Part shown: positions 10,507 to 23,460 of the stretch, piece by piece
Numbering within the stretch: position 1 is the stretch's first letter
Layout: the number at the start of each line of letters is the position of its first letter
From: Okamejei kenojei
Lineage: Eukaryota
Direction: 5' to 3'
Length of the DNA: 64,000 bases
NCBI GenBank assembly: GCA_035221665.1
Contig: CM069164.1
Location: 15,748,001-15,812,000, forward strand
Made by a program: the position numbers and the translations under genes
The notes under the pieces: model-generated
Databases searched by the model: none
What the model was told of the DNA's origin: nothing
The model's input: the letters and a program-made list of their open reading frames with translations, nothing else

Positions 10507-11290
10507 TGTGAGGTTATCCACTTTGGCGGCAAAAACAAGGGGGCAGATTATTATCTCAATGGGGTTAGGTTAGGTAAGGGGGATGTACAGCGAGACCTGT
10601 GAGTCCTTGTACACCAGTCACCGAAAGTTGGCATGCAGGTACAGCAGGCAGTGAAGAAAGCTAATGGAATGTTGGCCTTTATAATAAGAGGATTTCAGTA
10701 TAGGAGTATAGAGATTCTTCTGCAGTTGTGTAGGGCTCTGGTGAGACCACATCTGGAGTATTGTGTACAGTTTTGGTCTCCTTGTGATTGAGGCAGTGCA
10801 GCGTAGGTTCACGAGATTGATCCCTGGGATGGCGGGACTGTCATATGAAGAAAGATTGAAATGACTAGGCTTGTTCACTGGAGTTTAGAAGGATGAGGGG
10901 GATCTTAGAGAAACATATAAAATTATAAAAGGACTGGACAAGCTAGATGCAGGAAACATTTCCCCAATGTTGGGTGAGTCCAGAACCAGGGGCCACAGTT
11001 TTAGAATAAAGGGGAGGTCATTTAAGACTGAGGTGAGAAAAAACTTTTTTACCCAGAGAGTTGTGAATTTATGGAATTCCCCGCCACAAGAGGGCAAATC
11101 ACTGGATGGATTTAAGAGAGAGATGGATAGAGCTCTCGGGGCTAGTGAAGTCAAGGGATATGGGGAGAAGGCAGGCACGGGTTATTGATAGCGGACGATC
11201 AGCCGTGATCACAATGAATGGCGGTGCTGGCTCGAAGGTCCGAATGGCCTCCTCCTGCACCTATTTTCTATGTTCCTATCTATGTTTCTA
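10507..11290 (+). mobile_element. 5'-truncated CR1 LINE 3' end
   Basis: Close similarity to 4340-5175; ORF 10967-11188 ESRTRGHSFRIKGRSFKTEVRKNFFTQRVVNLWNS; tail ttctatgttcctatctatgtttcta. Confidence 0.9.
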
Positions 11291-12634
11291 AAACAGAGAA
11301 ATGCCCATATTTAAAAATGCAGAGTAGGGCTTAAGTTTTCATGTAGAAATAGCATTACGCAGCAAAAACGCTTGGGCAAGTTGATTTGAGATCAGGTCTC
11401 TGAGTCTGATCATATGCCCTGTAACTTAGTTCATACGTATAGTTTTTCATGATTAAAGTTTTGGCATACATTAATAACAGAGGATCGTGGCCTTGTCCAA
11501 AATACCTTTTTGCCCAAAGTGACAAACAGCAACTGCATATCCTGGACATTTCATATCACTCTGGAAATCTGACTTGCTATTTACTAGCGTTAGTCTCTCG
11601 TGCACCCAGAGACCTACCATAGTAGGGGTCCAAAAGCCTATGTTCATGTATACCTTTTGGAGGATTCCACATGAAGATGGACCATGTTGTCCTGGTGGCA
11701 ATTGTTATTGGGTGCTTGGTTGCCCTAATACATTGACAGTTTGGTTCACCTGCTGAATGAATTAATTTGTTACCCACCCCTCTCCCGTCACCACTTTCCC
11801 CAATCTCAAAACCACCTCTAGTGAAGATATGTGCCAGATATCCCACCTGTGGTTTCCAATGCTTTACCATCTCCTCTCACCACCACCATTACTAGGTGAT
11901 GTGCCAGGCTGCATGTGCCCCTTTCCTCACCAACTATAACAAAATCAGAACAGACCCTCGATGCTCTCCAGCAAAATTATAATTGGGTAGGAATTTTCCA
12001 AAAATATTAAAATTAATATTTTTTCCACATATGGTCTTTTAGCTTGAGACTTGGGCATAAAATGAAAATTTCAAGGGTGGCCAACAGTCCTTGGCCTTCA
12101 GCACTGCGCCCAACAGCACGCAATCAGGTGCTCAAGAATTTCTAGTTAAATTCTCTTTTCATTTGATTGGGGTCAATTCTGGCTTTGTTACTGTCATGTC
12201 AAATTGCCGTGAGCAAAAAGTGCCAGCTGTTGCCTTGTATACATATAGATTGTCTTTACACCTGAAAAAATGTTTTTTTAAAAAGTTTAATGCATAGGAT
12301 ATTGAAAATCAAACAAGTACCAAGGACTTGTGTTACATGTGAACCATACTTGTACAAATGATAGTTTCTTTCCCTGCCTGTTCTTTCATTCTTGAGGAAT
12401 GGACATTACTAACTAGATCATGATTTGTCCCCTTCAGAACCATGGCATTTTGTATTGTGAAGTTGCCCCATGTTATTCAGGAGGAACCAGGATATTGAAT
12501 GAGAAAGGACCAGTAATACATGTTCAAGTCAACTTAGTCTGAGATTTAAGAAAGAATCTTGAAGAGGATAGCATTTCATGTATCGGCTGTCTATGTCCCT
12601 CTGTAGAGATAAAGTTGGGGGAAGCAGTGACAAA

Positions 12635-13465
12635 CTGTCTGTTTTTTCATCTTTTTGTTACTTTTAGTCTGTTTAAAAAGTATGTCTTGGAGGTTTCTTA
12701 GTCTTTTTATGTGGGGGAGGTGGGGAGGGTAAGGGGGAAACTGTTTCTCTGTCACTTTCTGGCGAGGATGCGACTACTCTCCGAGTTGCCTCTTCGCCCC
12801 CCCCCCCCCCCCCCCCCCTCGTGGTCTACCATGTAGATTGGCGCAGCCTTTCTTGCAAGAGTTCGATCAGAGCTTCAGCGGCGGTGCAGCACTGATTTGT
12901 CTTCGCGGAGCGGGCGATGCCTTACCAGGGATCGCTCGTTGAAGCTTCGCAGTGTTGGGCCTGATTCTTTATCATCGCAGAGCTGTGGTTGCGGAGCTTC
13001 CAGCCGCGGGCGGCGCTGCCTTCAACATCGCGGAGTCCTGGTGATCCCTTTGCTGAGGGTCGCCAGTGTTGAATCTCCGCCCAGCTCGGCCTGTGGACTT
13101 CGGGAGCCGCGGTCTCCGGTAAGAAGTGGCCGATTCGGAACTCCAAGCCGCTGAGAATGTTCTTCCGTTCCGACGTCGGAGTTCTGATTATCCTGGCGAG
13201 AGAGCCTGAACATCGGGCCGTCATAGCGGCGACTGCGGAGGGCTCGGGAGGCCCCGACCACGGGTGAAAAACAAAGAGGAAGGAAGATGACTGAACTTTG
13301 TTGCCTTCCCTCACAGTGGGAAACGTTGATTCCGCTTTGTGGGGATGTTTACATTAAATTCTATCGTGTGTTGTATTCTTTTTTTATTCATATGGCTGTA
13401 CGGTAATCCAAATTTCACTGTACCAATTGGTGCATGTGACAACAAATGCAAACTTGAACTTGAAC
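12635..13465 (+). mobile_element. Unclassified GC/CpG-rich non-coding retroposon with a Rex1-like 3' end
   Basis: Ends tttcactgtaccaattggtgcatgtgacaacaaa followed by an (aacttg)n tail; a related 5' fragment lies at ~53317-53520; no credible ORF. Confidence 0.5.
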
Positions 13466-14416
13466 AAAGAAGTTTGGTTCTTTATTGAAATGCATCCTTG
13501 CAGCAGGGGACCTGTAAGGATAGTGGGGAAAGGGGAATGAATGTTTAAAGTACTGGATTCTGTCGATATCTCACTTGGGACAGGACAATCATAATCATAG
13601 AAATTTCTCCAATCTTCTCATTACTATTGGAAATTCGAAGGTCTGGCAGAAATCCTTGAACTTGGGTAGATTTTTAACCAAGTTATTATATGGTGCAAAC
13701 TTAAAGAAAATTTCAAGGCAGTGATATGTGATGGAAAATACAGATAATTATGCTGAAAGATTGCTTCTATTATATGAAATGCAGTTTTTGCATTAACCAG
13801 ATGTACTTTAAATATTTCAACAATATCTTATGGAATAGATGCGTTTTTGATGGATGAAATGGATAAAAGGGCACCACAAATAAATTATAGCTATTAGATA
13901 GCCCACACGGCAAGGACAGTATCAAAGCAATTGATCCTTAAATGATTCATGTAAATCGCAACTTCAGTAACTCCAAAATTAGCACAATAATGTATCATAT
14001 TAATTTTCCCATCTGCATTTTTACACAAACATCTGGGGTGATGTGAAGAGTAATGAGCTCTGAGTTACAGCATGGACAATTTGTCTGCAATGCTGAGCAT
14101 TCAGGGACTAGAGAAATAAATGTTTGTAATATGGTTAAGCCCACTTTGGTTTCGATACATTTACAGGTAAATAAATTAACCTATTATTTCCAAATACTGT
14201 ATGGTGATACCCACTAAACAAGGCTTGTCTGATATCTTGGCTAATACCACTTCTGTGTACTTGGTATACCCCAATAGCAGAAATTCTATTACCCATTTTT
14301 GTTCCATTTGTCATGTTGGCCTTATGTAACAAAAATCTATTGATCTGAGGTTTGAAAGTTCCAATTATCCATAAGCATCCATAGTAATTAGGGATCATTC
14401 ACACATTTTCATTAAT

Positions 14417-14712
14417 GTGGTGGTGCAGCGGTAGAGTTGCTGTCTTACAGTGCCAGAGACCCATGTTTAATCCTGACTATGGGCGCAGTCTGTATGGAGT
14501 TAGTACATTCACCCTGTGAACACATGGTTTTCACTGGGTGCTCTGTTTTCCTCCCACACTCCAAAGATGGACAGGTTTGTAAGTTAATAGGTTTCTGTAA
14601 CTTTTGTCTAGTGTGTAGGATAGTGCTAGTGTATGGGGTGATAGTTGGTTGGCACAGACTAATGGGCCGCCAAGCTTGTTTCCTTTCTGCAACTCTAAAG
14701 TCTAAAGTCTGA
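14417..14712 (+). mobile_element. HE1-type tRNA-derived V-SINE, near full length
   Basis: A-box-like gtggtgcagcggtag, B-box-like gtttaatcc, V-domain tgctctgttttcctcccacactccaaaga, LINE-derived 3' end and (ctaaagt)n tail. Confidence 0.85.
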
Positions 14713-16419
14713 GAAAATGTTAGTATGAAAATTAATTTAAAACGCTCCATTGTTGTGTTAATTCTGTGGTTGCAATTTACAAATATCATTTGGGGATTAA
14801 CTGCTTCATTTCATTCACAAATGAACTAGATCTAATTTTCTCTGGATCTGGTACTGCTGGATCACGGAATATAACTTATGTACATCTTAATAATTTAAAC
14901 TTTAAACTCTGGTGGTAGTCAAAGATTCATTTGGTTTTATACTTTTATGTTTCAAATTCAAATTAGACTCTTCCCTTTCTGTGAGGTGTATTTGGGATGC
15001 TTTTATGATACAGTAAAAGTGACATAGTAATATCTCACTGAGGTTAGGGCTTAATGGAATTTAGAAGTACAGATACGCTAATCTAATATTAACAATACTG
15101 GTTATAGAATCAGATTTATGCAGCATGGAAACAGGCTTTTAGGCCCAACTTGTCTTTCCCTCCAGTATGTCAATCTGAGCTAATCCCACTTTCCTGTATT
15201 TGTCCCGTATCTCACTAAACATTTTAATAAGGCATTATAAGGTTATAATTAACCTCATGCACACAGAGGCAGAAAGGCGGTGAAATTGAATATACATACC
15301 ATACAGTCTATCTTTATTAATTCTTAAAATTGAAGACACTAACATTGTGGTTTTTAAACAGGTCTTTGATATTTTGTTTCAGCAACCCATTAATCACCCT
15401 ATTGCTGGGAGGCTAAATTACTGGTGTTACAGTGCAAAAGGTTTATGGTTAATGCTGTTTATCTTCCTTTGCTGGACTGAAGCTCCAAACACAGTTCTTT
15501 ATCAGCATGTAACTGTAGATAGTTGTACTGGAATGATTTGTTTTTGCTCAATTAGGTGGATTAATCAGCATGCTAACTTTCTAATACATCACATGGAGCT
15601 GCTAAATGAGGCACAAAACGGAGTAATGAATCAGCAGAACCTCTTAATTGCCAGCATTGCAGGTTGGGTTTAGTATGCTTTCATTATGATAGGACCAATG
15701 TTTGTATCTATAGTTATATCTATAATTTTGACTTTCGGGGAGAGTAGCAAAAGGTTATGGCTACATAATCACTAGAGTAGTGACACAGGTTAATAACCTC
15801 ATTAGAGCACCAGGCTTGCATTAATTTCTAGGGGAATAGAATTAAAAGTCAGAAAAGATATGCTAAATGTATCTCAAATCTTGATTGAATAATGTTTGGG
15901 GTAATGTGCACTGTTCCAGTCTCCATATTATGATTCAAAAGTACAATCTTGAACATTTGAAAAATAGACAAGGGAAATATTAGAACTGGGGAAAATGCTT
16001 ATATGAAGAAACATTGAACAGCCTGGGATTTTTTTCTGGAAAGGAAGATCTTATGATCTTTATAAAATGAGCAGATGTAGAAAAGCTGTTTCCAACTTTA
16101 GCTGAAACCATCTTCAGGAGCTGTAAATGGAAATTCTATGGAATAAGGGTGTAAGAGTATTATGAATGTGGAACTCACTAACTCGCTGTCTAATTATGTT
16201 GGACAATGAGTACAATTAAGAGAAAGTGAGATAAGCAAGTGAAATAGAAAGGAAGATAAGGAGGTATTGTCATAGTTAGAGTAAAAGGGTGTAGAATGTT
16301 TCTGTGAAATACAAACATGAGACTGACTGGCCAGTGTTTTTGCTGCAGACCAGATGTAATTTTGTGTAACTTATACAAGGCTGGAGATGTAGATGTTTTA
16401 TTAGATTTTATTTCTTTAT

Positions 16420-17700
16420 TCACAATTTCTATCTGGGTATCACTGCCATTGTTAGCATCTATGGCCCATTTGCCCTGGAGAAGATGATGAGCAGTTACAT
16501 GCTAATCCAACTTGCTATCATTAGGCCTGTAACCTTCTATACATTTCCAATTCAAGTGTCTGGCCAAATGCCTTTTAAATATTTTAATCGTTCCTGCCCT
16601 CTATCACCACCTCTGGCAACTCATTCCAGATAACCAAAAACTATAAGGAGAAACAGATCTCCTTAAAATGTCAGCTGTTAGACCCAGTGATAATTAAGCA
16701 CCAGCATTGTGCTACTTTGAAGGGAACATGCAGGTGGTGGTGTTCCTATGCAATGGCAGCTAATATCCTTGGTGGTAGAGGTTGCAGGATTGGGAAGTGC
16801 TATTGTGTAGCATGGATGAAAAGCTGCAGTTAATTTTGAAAATGATACACATTGCAACTACCACGCTTGACTTTGGAAGAAATGAATGTTTGGGGTGATT
16901 GATGGGGTTCCATCTAGTAAGCTCCTTTGATCTGAATGACGTTGACCTTCTTATGAGTTGTTGCACTGTACTCATCCTGGTAAGGAAAGTTAATTCATCA
17001 TGCTTCTGACTTGTGATTGCAGATGCACTTTGAAATTCCAGAAAGTGATTTATTAATCACAAGATACCAAACCTCTGAGCCACATTTGTACCCACAGTGT
17101 TTATGGGGCTTGTCCACTAGAATCTCTGATGATCCACAGGATGTTGATGGTGGGTATATATAGTGATATTAATACTAATGAATGCAAAAGAGAGGTGGTT
17201 AAATTATCATTTGTTAGAGATGATCATGGTCTGACACGTTAGTGCCAAAATATTACTTGCGACTCGAGGCCATGTTGAAATGTTACCCAGGTCTTGCTGA
17301 ATATTGCATGATCATGAGAAAACATCCTGACTTTTGACCTTGTCATGGAAAGAAGATCATCGAGGAAGCAGCTAAAGATGGTTGAGTTTAGGACAATGCC
17401 CTGAGAAACACTGCTATTAATCATCTGAAGAATAGATTATTAATCTCCAGTCACCACAATTGTTTACTTTTGTACTTTGTGATTCCAGGGCAGTCACTCT
17501 CACTTCATCTTTAGAATTCAGCACTTTAGATCGTGTTTGGATGATCGTAATTGTGATGAGGTTGGACTTGAATGGCCTTGGCAAACTGCAAACCAGGTAT
17601 TGATAAGCAGTTTTTTGGTGACTAGGTGCTTCCTGAGTACTGCCAGTGGTACCCTCCAGCCCGTTGTTGAGGATTGAGCAAATGATTGGAGCTGTGGCTT
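16420..17700 (-). mobile_element. Old CR1/L2-group LINE RT and 3' fragment
   Basis: ORF 17239-17424 SVSQGIVLNSTIFSCFLDDL is a decayed VPQGSVLGPxxFxxFINDL RT motif. Confidence 0.55.
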
Positions 17701-17709
17701 GCAGGTTGA

Positions 17710-19900
17710 AATGTACAGATGGAAATTATCCTAGCAGATTAAAGGGAGTGACTAATGAAATAATTGATAAATTAGTTTCAATTTTCCAAAACCCCTAGAT
17801 TAAGGGAAGAGTCTATTGAATAGGAAACAAATAAATGTAATAAGGGAGTTAAATGTGTGGCAAAGGAAATCAAATTTGAGCTGTTTGTTGAGGTTCTTTG
17901 ACAATGTAATATCTACAATGGTTATAGGAGAACCAATTAATGTAATAACACAACAAAAAATATTGTGGAAACTAAATGCCCACATACAAGGTAACATGTT
18001 AATGTACAAGATTTGTTGCCTAGCAGTTTACAAGATTGGCTGCCGAGCAGGAAACGGAGAGTAAGCACCAAATGGGCCTTTTACTGCTCAGCAAGATATA
18101 ATGAGAGGGATCAGTGCTACTGTGCCAGCTTATACCATTTTTATAAATGACGATGAAGTCATCAAAGGTATGGTTGCTAAATTTGCTGATGACAGAAAGA
18201 TAAGTAGGAAAGTAAGTTATGGAGAGGATAATTAGATAAAATGAGTTGTCAAGATGTGCCAAGTGGAATACATTTGTGCAAAAATGTGGATTTGTGGATT
18301 TAATAGGAAAGGTAAAAAAAAAGTATATTTAAATAGTGAAAGATTATAGGACTTTCAACTTGTGGTGAGATCTGATTGTACTACTACATGATTAACAAAA
18401 GGCGAGTGCGCAGACGAATTAAGAACTCTGGAAAGCTAACAGATTGTGATTGTTTATTGTGAGCGGATTACCAAATATGGAGATTGTGCTTCAGTTACAT
18501 TGAGCAGTGATGGCACCTTATCTGGAGTACTATGATCAGTCTCCTTATGTAAGAAAAGATGTTTAATATAGAACATAGAATAATTCAGCCCAGGAAAACG
18601 TCCTTTGGCCCATGTTGTCTGTATCAAAGATGGTGCAAATTTAATCTGATCCCCATTGCCTGCACATGATCCATATCCGTCCACTCCCTGCATTTTCAAA
18701 TGCCTATTAAAAAGCCTCTTAAATACCACTATTGTATCTGCTTCCTCCACCACCACTGGCAGTGCATTCTAGGCATCCATTCTCTGTGTAAAAGACTTGC
18801 CCTACACATCCTCTAAAAACTTTCTCGCTCTAATCTATGCCTTCTAGTATTTGATATTTTCATCCTTGGGAAAAATATTCTGACTGTCTACCCTATCTAT
18901 GCCTCTCGTACTTTTACAGATTTCTATCAGGCATCCTTTCAGCCTCTGGAACTTCAGAGAAAATAATCCAAGTTTGTCCAACCTCTTCTAATAACTAATA
19001 CCCTTTAATCAGGCAGCATCCTAGTAAACCTCTTCTGCATTCTGCTGAAAATCTCTACATTCTTCCTGTAAGGGGGTGACTATTTATTGTGTACCATGTT
19101 AATGTCTTGAAAGCTGTTTAGAGAAGATTTATTAAACTAAAATGAGCAGGGTATCTAATAAAACACAGTTTTATAGTCCATAAAAAGTCATACGTTTTAA
19201 CAATGAGAAACTGGACTACAGATCTCAATCCAATCATCTTAGATCATTCTACTACATAGTCTGAAGTAGATGCATTTTGGAATGACTAAATCTGTTGGTT
19301 TATCTTTGGTTTTCTCAAGTTCAAGGTCTCTAACAGAACAATATACTATGCTAGTGTGAGGAATTACAGTGGAAATTCCATATTTGCTGCCTCTGGAACC
19401 CACTGTGCAATATTCCATTCTTAGATTGTTGATGCCCTACCTAGAATGAGCAGGGCATCTAAAGAGGAAAGATTGAACAAGTTGCTTGCATCTGCTGGAG
19501 CACAGGAGTTAGAGGATGCTTGATTTAGCATATAAAATTCAGACAGATCTTGACATAATGGATGTGGAAAGCACGTTCCAGTAAGGATGAGGAATAAGGG
19601 TCCTGACCCAAAACACCACCTTTCCATGTCCTCCAGAGAGACTGCCTGACCGCTGAGTTACCTCAGCACTTTGTGTCCTTCCAAATTTCCAGCGTCCGCA
19701 GTTCATTGTGTTTACATTTTACTGGATGTGGGAGAATCTAGAACAAGGGAAAAATGATTTATTTTGAAAATATAGGTTTACCCATTTAAAAAGGAGAGAC
19801 GATTACATTTTGTCTCTTGTAGTTTTGAATATTTGTAATTTATATACTCAAAGGCCATGGAGGTAGAATCTTAATTATTTTTTAGGTAGATTCAATGGAG
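17710..19900 (+). mobile_element. Old CR1 ORF2 remnant with an opposite-strand CR1 3' end nested at ~18570-19075
   Basis: aaatttgctgatgacagaaag (KFADD) at ~18180; ORF 18454-18756 (-) VVEEADTIVVFKRLFNRH is a CR1 C-terminal motif. Confidence 0.65.
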
Positions 19901-20202
19901 GTGAAAGATGGCATATTTGGCTAACAACAATCTAAGAATGGAATATTGCACAGTGGGTTCACACACTGGGCAGCAAATATGGAATTTCCACTGTAATTCC
20001 TCACACTAGCATAGTATATTGTTCTGTTAGAGACCTTGAACTTGAGAAAACCAAAGATAAACCAACAGATTTAGTCATTCCAAAATGCATCTACTTCAGA
20101 CTCTGTAGTAGAATGATCTAAGATGATTGGATTGAGATCTGTAGTCCAGTTTCTCATTGTTAAAACGTATGACTTTTTATGGACTATAAAACTGTGTTTT
20201 AT
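19158..20202. repeat. ~275-bp near-perfect inverted repeat; arms 19158-19431 and 19925-20202
   Basis: Direct reading: 19158-19391 equals the reverse complement of ~19969-20202 with one mismatch; after a short unmatched patch the match continues 19396-19431 vs 19925-19960. Confidence 0.95.
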
Positions 20203-20802
20203 GTAAATTGGGTATCTGTTTCAAACGTGCCCAATTATGGTTGGGCAGATTAGATAGTGTGGTTTTTTTTTCTGTTATTGATTGGATCTTAAACCATACT
20301 GTATCATGGTCATCTCCTCTGAGGTAATGACTAGATCTGTTAACAGATCAATTCTTGTGGGTATTTAAAAAGAGTAACGGACAACATATAAGGCAATTTG
20401 TACTGACACTACACTGTGAAATTTGCTGGGGTCAGGTTTTTTTTATCATAGTTGCTAAAGTATAATAATATCAAAAATAGAATTTAAAGATATATTCAAT
20501 TTGCCCTGATTACATCTCAATTGATAACTCCTCATTCAGAATAAATTAAGTTAAATTGTGCTTTTTAAAATCTTTTTTTGCACATGACAGGATATATGAA
20601 TCTTGTTGGATTCTCAATTTTGCAGTACATTCATTGGATTAAAAATGTTGATTTGTAAAGTTAGGTAAAATTGTATAAGAGCAAAGTTTATAATCCCATA
20701 TAATTTTAATTTTAGGAAGAGCAATGGGAAATTGCTAAATCTCACTGAGGGATTGATCATTCACATGCAAATAAACAGAATTTGTTAATTGAGAAAAATG
20801 TT

Positions 20803-20938
20803 TCTTCTTCTTTCGTGTGGCGTGCACAGCCTAAAATTGTTGGACAACTTGTTCTATTTGATCTTCCGTTTGTGCATGTCGAGTTGATTGCATTAGTCGA
20901 AACAGGGCGACCACGTGAAGGTTGCAATTTTCCACCCC
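20803..20938 (-). mobile_element. HDV-ribozyme-headed retroposon, copy 2
   Basis: Reverse complement reads GGGGTGGAAAATTGCAACCTTCACGTGGTCGCCCTGTTTCGACTAATGCAATC...GAAAGAAGAAGA; TSD gagaaaaatg at 20791-20800 and 20939-20948. Confidence 0.88.
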
Positions 20939-22529
20939 GAGAAAAATGCTTATTAATCCAAACTCTCAGAAATCATGAGAAATATTTATGGGTATGTACA
21001 GGATTGCAGAATGTTATGACTATCAGCATGTTTTCACATAATTAGTTGATAAGGTGTCGTTTTTTTAATGACCCGTCATCATTTTTGATCACCATTACCC
21101 TCAAAAAGTTATGTTTTATTTGAAAGCTTATACTTTGTCCACGCCTGAGCTTTCTCTTTTTGAACGTAAAGAGCTCCAACTTGGTGATCTTTATCTTTAT
21201 AACCTCCTCAATTCTGGTTTCATCATGTAATTCTTCTTTTCACCTTTTCCAGTGCAAAATCATTTCTATAATCCAGAGATTAGAATTAGAGATTTACAGG
21301 AAATTGGTGATATTGATAGTAAAATACCAATTTAGATTTGAAATTTGTAATAGACCACTTGGTCTATGCTAGTGTAATGGGCTACCTTTAATTTGGCACA
21401 GAGGCCTCAAAACTGTGTTTCAGCTTGCTTGGATGTGTATGCCATTGTTGTATTTCATTCTAACAATGAATTAGCTCAATCATAAAAAGCTGTGAAATTG
21501 GCCAAAAAGACACTTTTTGGTGGCATATTTCATATCTAATAAACTGGAACTGGCTGATTCTTCACCACATTTTACATTGCAGAAACTGCTGACACTTTGC
21601 TGTGCCTTAAAGGAAAATGGGTATCAGCCCTCAATGATGGGGGGGGGGGGGGGGGGGAGTGGGAGTGGATATCAGCCCATAAAGGAGGGAGATGCTACAA
21701 GACTGAGGGAGAGACCTTATCTAATTGTGTAAGTCTTAAAGCAATTGACACGCCTACACATGTATCCCTCTCACATCTCTTCTACATCAGCCCCCTCCAC
21801 CAGTCACACTGGACCCTCTAAAGAGAGGATACTTAAACGTTTCATATTACTTAAATTTACAATGTAGTTGGCAATCATTCATTTCATCTAGTCCCTAGTC
21901 CAGGCCAGCTCTCAGAGCACTTACATTGATTCCATTACCCCATTTATTTCCCTATAACCCACTCGCTATGCAGATTAACAGCCCCTGGCTCTCCATCACC
22001 TTTCTCCAGCAAATACGCCCATGCTGAACCTAAAGTCCAAAGGAGCCACAGACCCTCAAACCACCTCAAGTTCAAAAGCAATTTGGTTTACCAAGTAAAC
22101 TTACTGTTAGTGCTTCAATGTCTCTGTCTCTTTTGAGTTAACATGTAGTAAATACAAACATTGACATCCATGCTGCTGCATAACTATCACAATTATTTTA
22201 GTCAGAATATAGCAGCACAAATATCTTGTTATTATCTTGCAGAGCATTGAGATAGACTTACATTTTCTTCCTTCCCAGAATAGGAGAACACGCAGCAAGA
22301 CAAAAATGAGGGGTTAATGGAAGGAATGGACAAGGAGGAGCACAATGCTGATAAAGGAGAGCACAGTGCTCTTGCGACACAATTGAGCGACTGGCTATAT
22401 GATACATGACCAGATTAAATTAGAGGGATGTGTGAGATAGAAGAAGTGTGGCCTGGGCACATGGCCCATATCAAATGACCAGGCACAGTTGAGCAATTTA
22501 GTGGCCATTCCTGCTTTAATAGCCAATGG

Positions 22530-23460
22530 GGAATAGAGGAAAATATATGTAGACAGACGACAAAAAGACGCAAAAGCTACAGGGTTGGCATAGTGGGCGA
22601 TTGTAACTTCTCCAATAATGACTGGGCTTTGCTCAGTGCAAATGGCTTAGGTGGGGTAGAATTTGTTAGGAGTACCTAAGTAGGTTACTTGAAACAGTAT
22701 ATAGATTGGGTTAGTCCACATCTGACATGTGAGACTCGTTTAAAGGGGAACTGATCAGAGTTGAAGCCTGGCATGTTCCAGTAAGGAGGAGGGATAAGGA
22801 TGGCAGAGTAATAAATCTTGGTTGACCAAAGTGATTACAACGTTGATTAAAAAGAAATAAAAGAATATCTATGGACGCTTTACAAATATGAAATTGGATA
22901 GTGCCTTTGCGGAATAGAAAGCAAGCAGGAGACAATTAGGCAATTAGAAGTAAGCAAGTAGAACGGCCAAAGGGGCCAGGAAATGTCATTGGTGAGTTGG
23001 ATTAAAGAAAACCCCAAGGCATTTTAGATGTACTTTAAAAACAAAAGGATGAAGGAGGAACTTTATGCTTGGAGTTTGGGGATGTAGTTGAGATACTAAA
23101 CGAGTATTTTGTACTTGTATCCACCAAAGAGAAGGAGATGGAGGACTGCGATCAGTTTGGAAATAGTATTATTCTACAGCAATTTGAGATCAAGAAGGAG
23201 TTGTTGAGACTCTTGAAGAGTCTGAAAGTGGATAAATGCCCAGGGCCTGATGGGATCTATCCCTGGTTATTGAGAAAACTAGAGAGGAGATTGTATAGGC
23301 CTTGACAAAGATCTTTGTATCTACTCTAGCCAAAGATGAGGTCCTGGAGAACTGGAGAGTATTCACTGTTGTTCCTTTGTTTAAGAAGCCTCACGTCAAT
23401 GATAGGGAAGTTAGTGGAGAAAATTCTTCGGGATAGGATTAACATACATTTGGAAAATAA
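22530..23460 (+). mobile_element. Decayed CR1 ORF2 (endonuclease to RT N-terminus)
   Basis: ORF 23069-23305 EILNEYFVLVSTKE...LKVDKCPGPDGIYP; GDxNF-like codons at ~22595. Confidence 0.8.

Noticed and set aside
12897-13314. ORFs and CpG island as a gene promoter or first exon
   Set aside because: Lies inside a repeat with a retroposon tail and a partial second copy in the window.
14417-14490. tRNA gene
   Set aside because: It is the tRNA-derived head of a V-SINE and runs directly into the SINE body.
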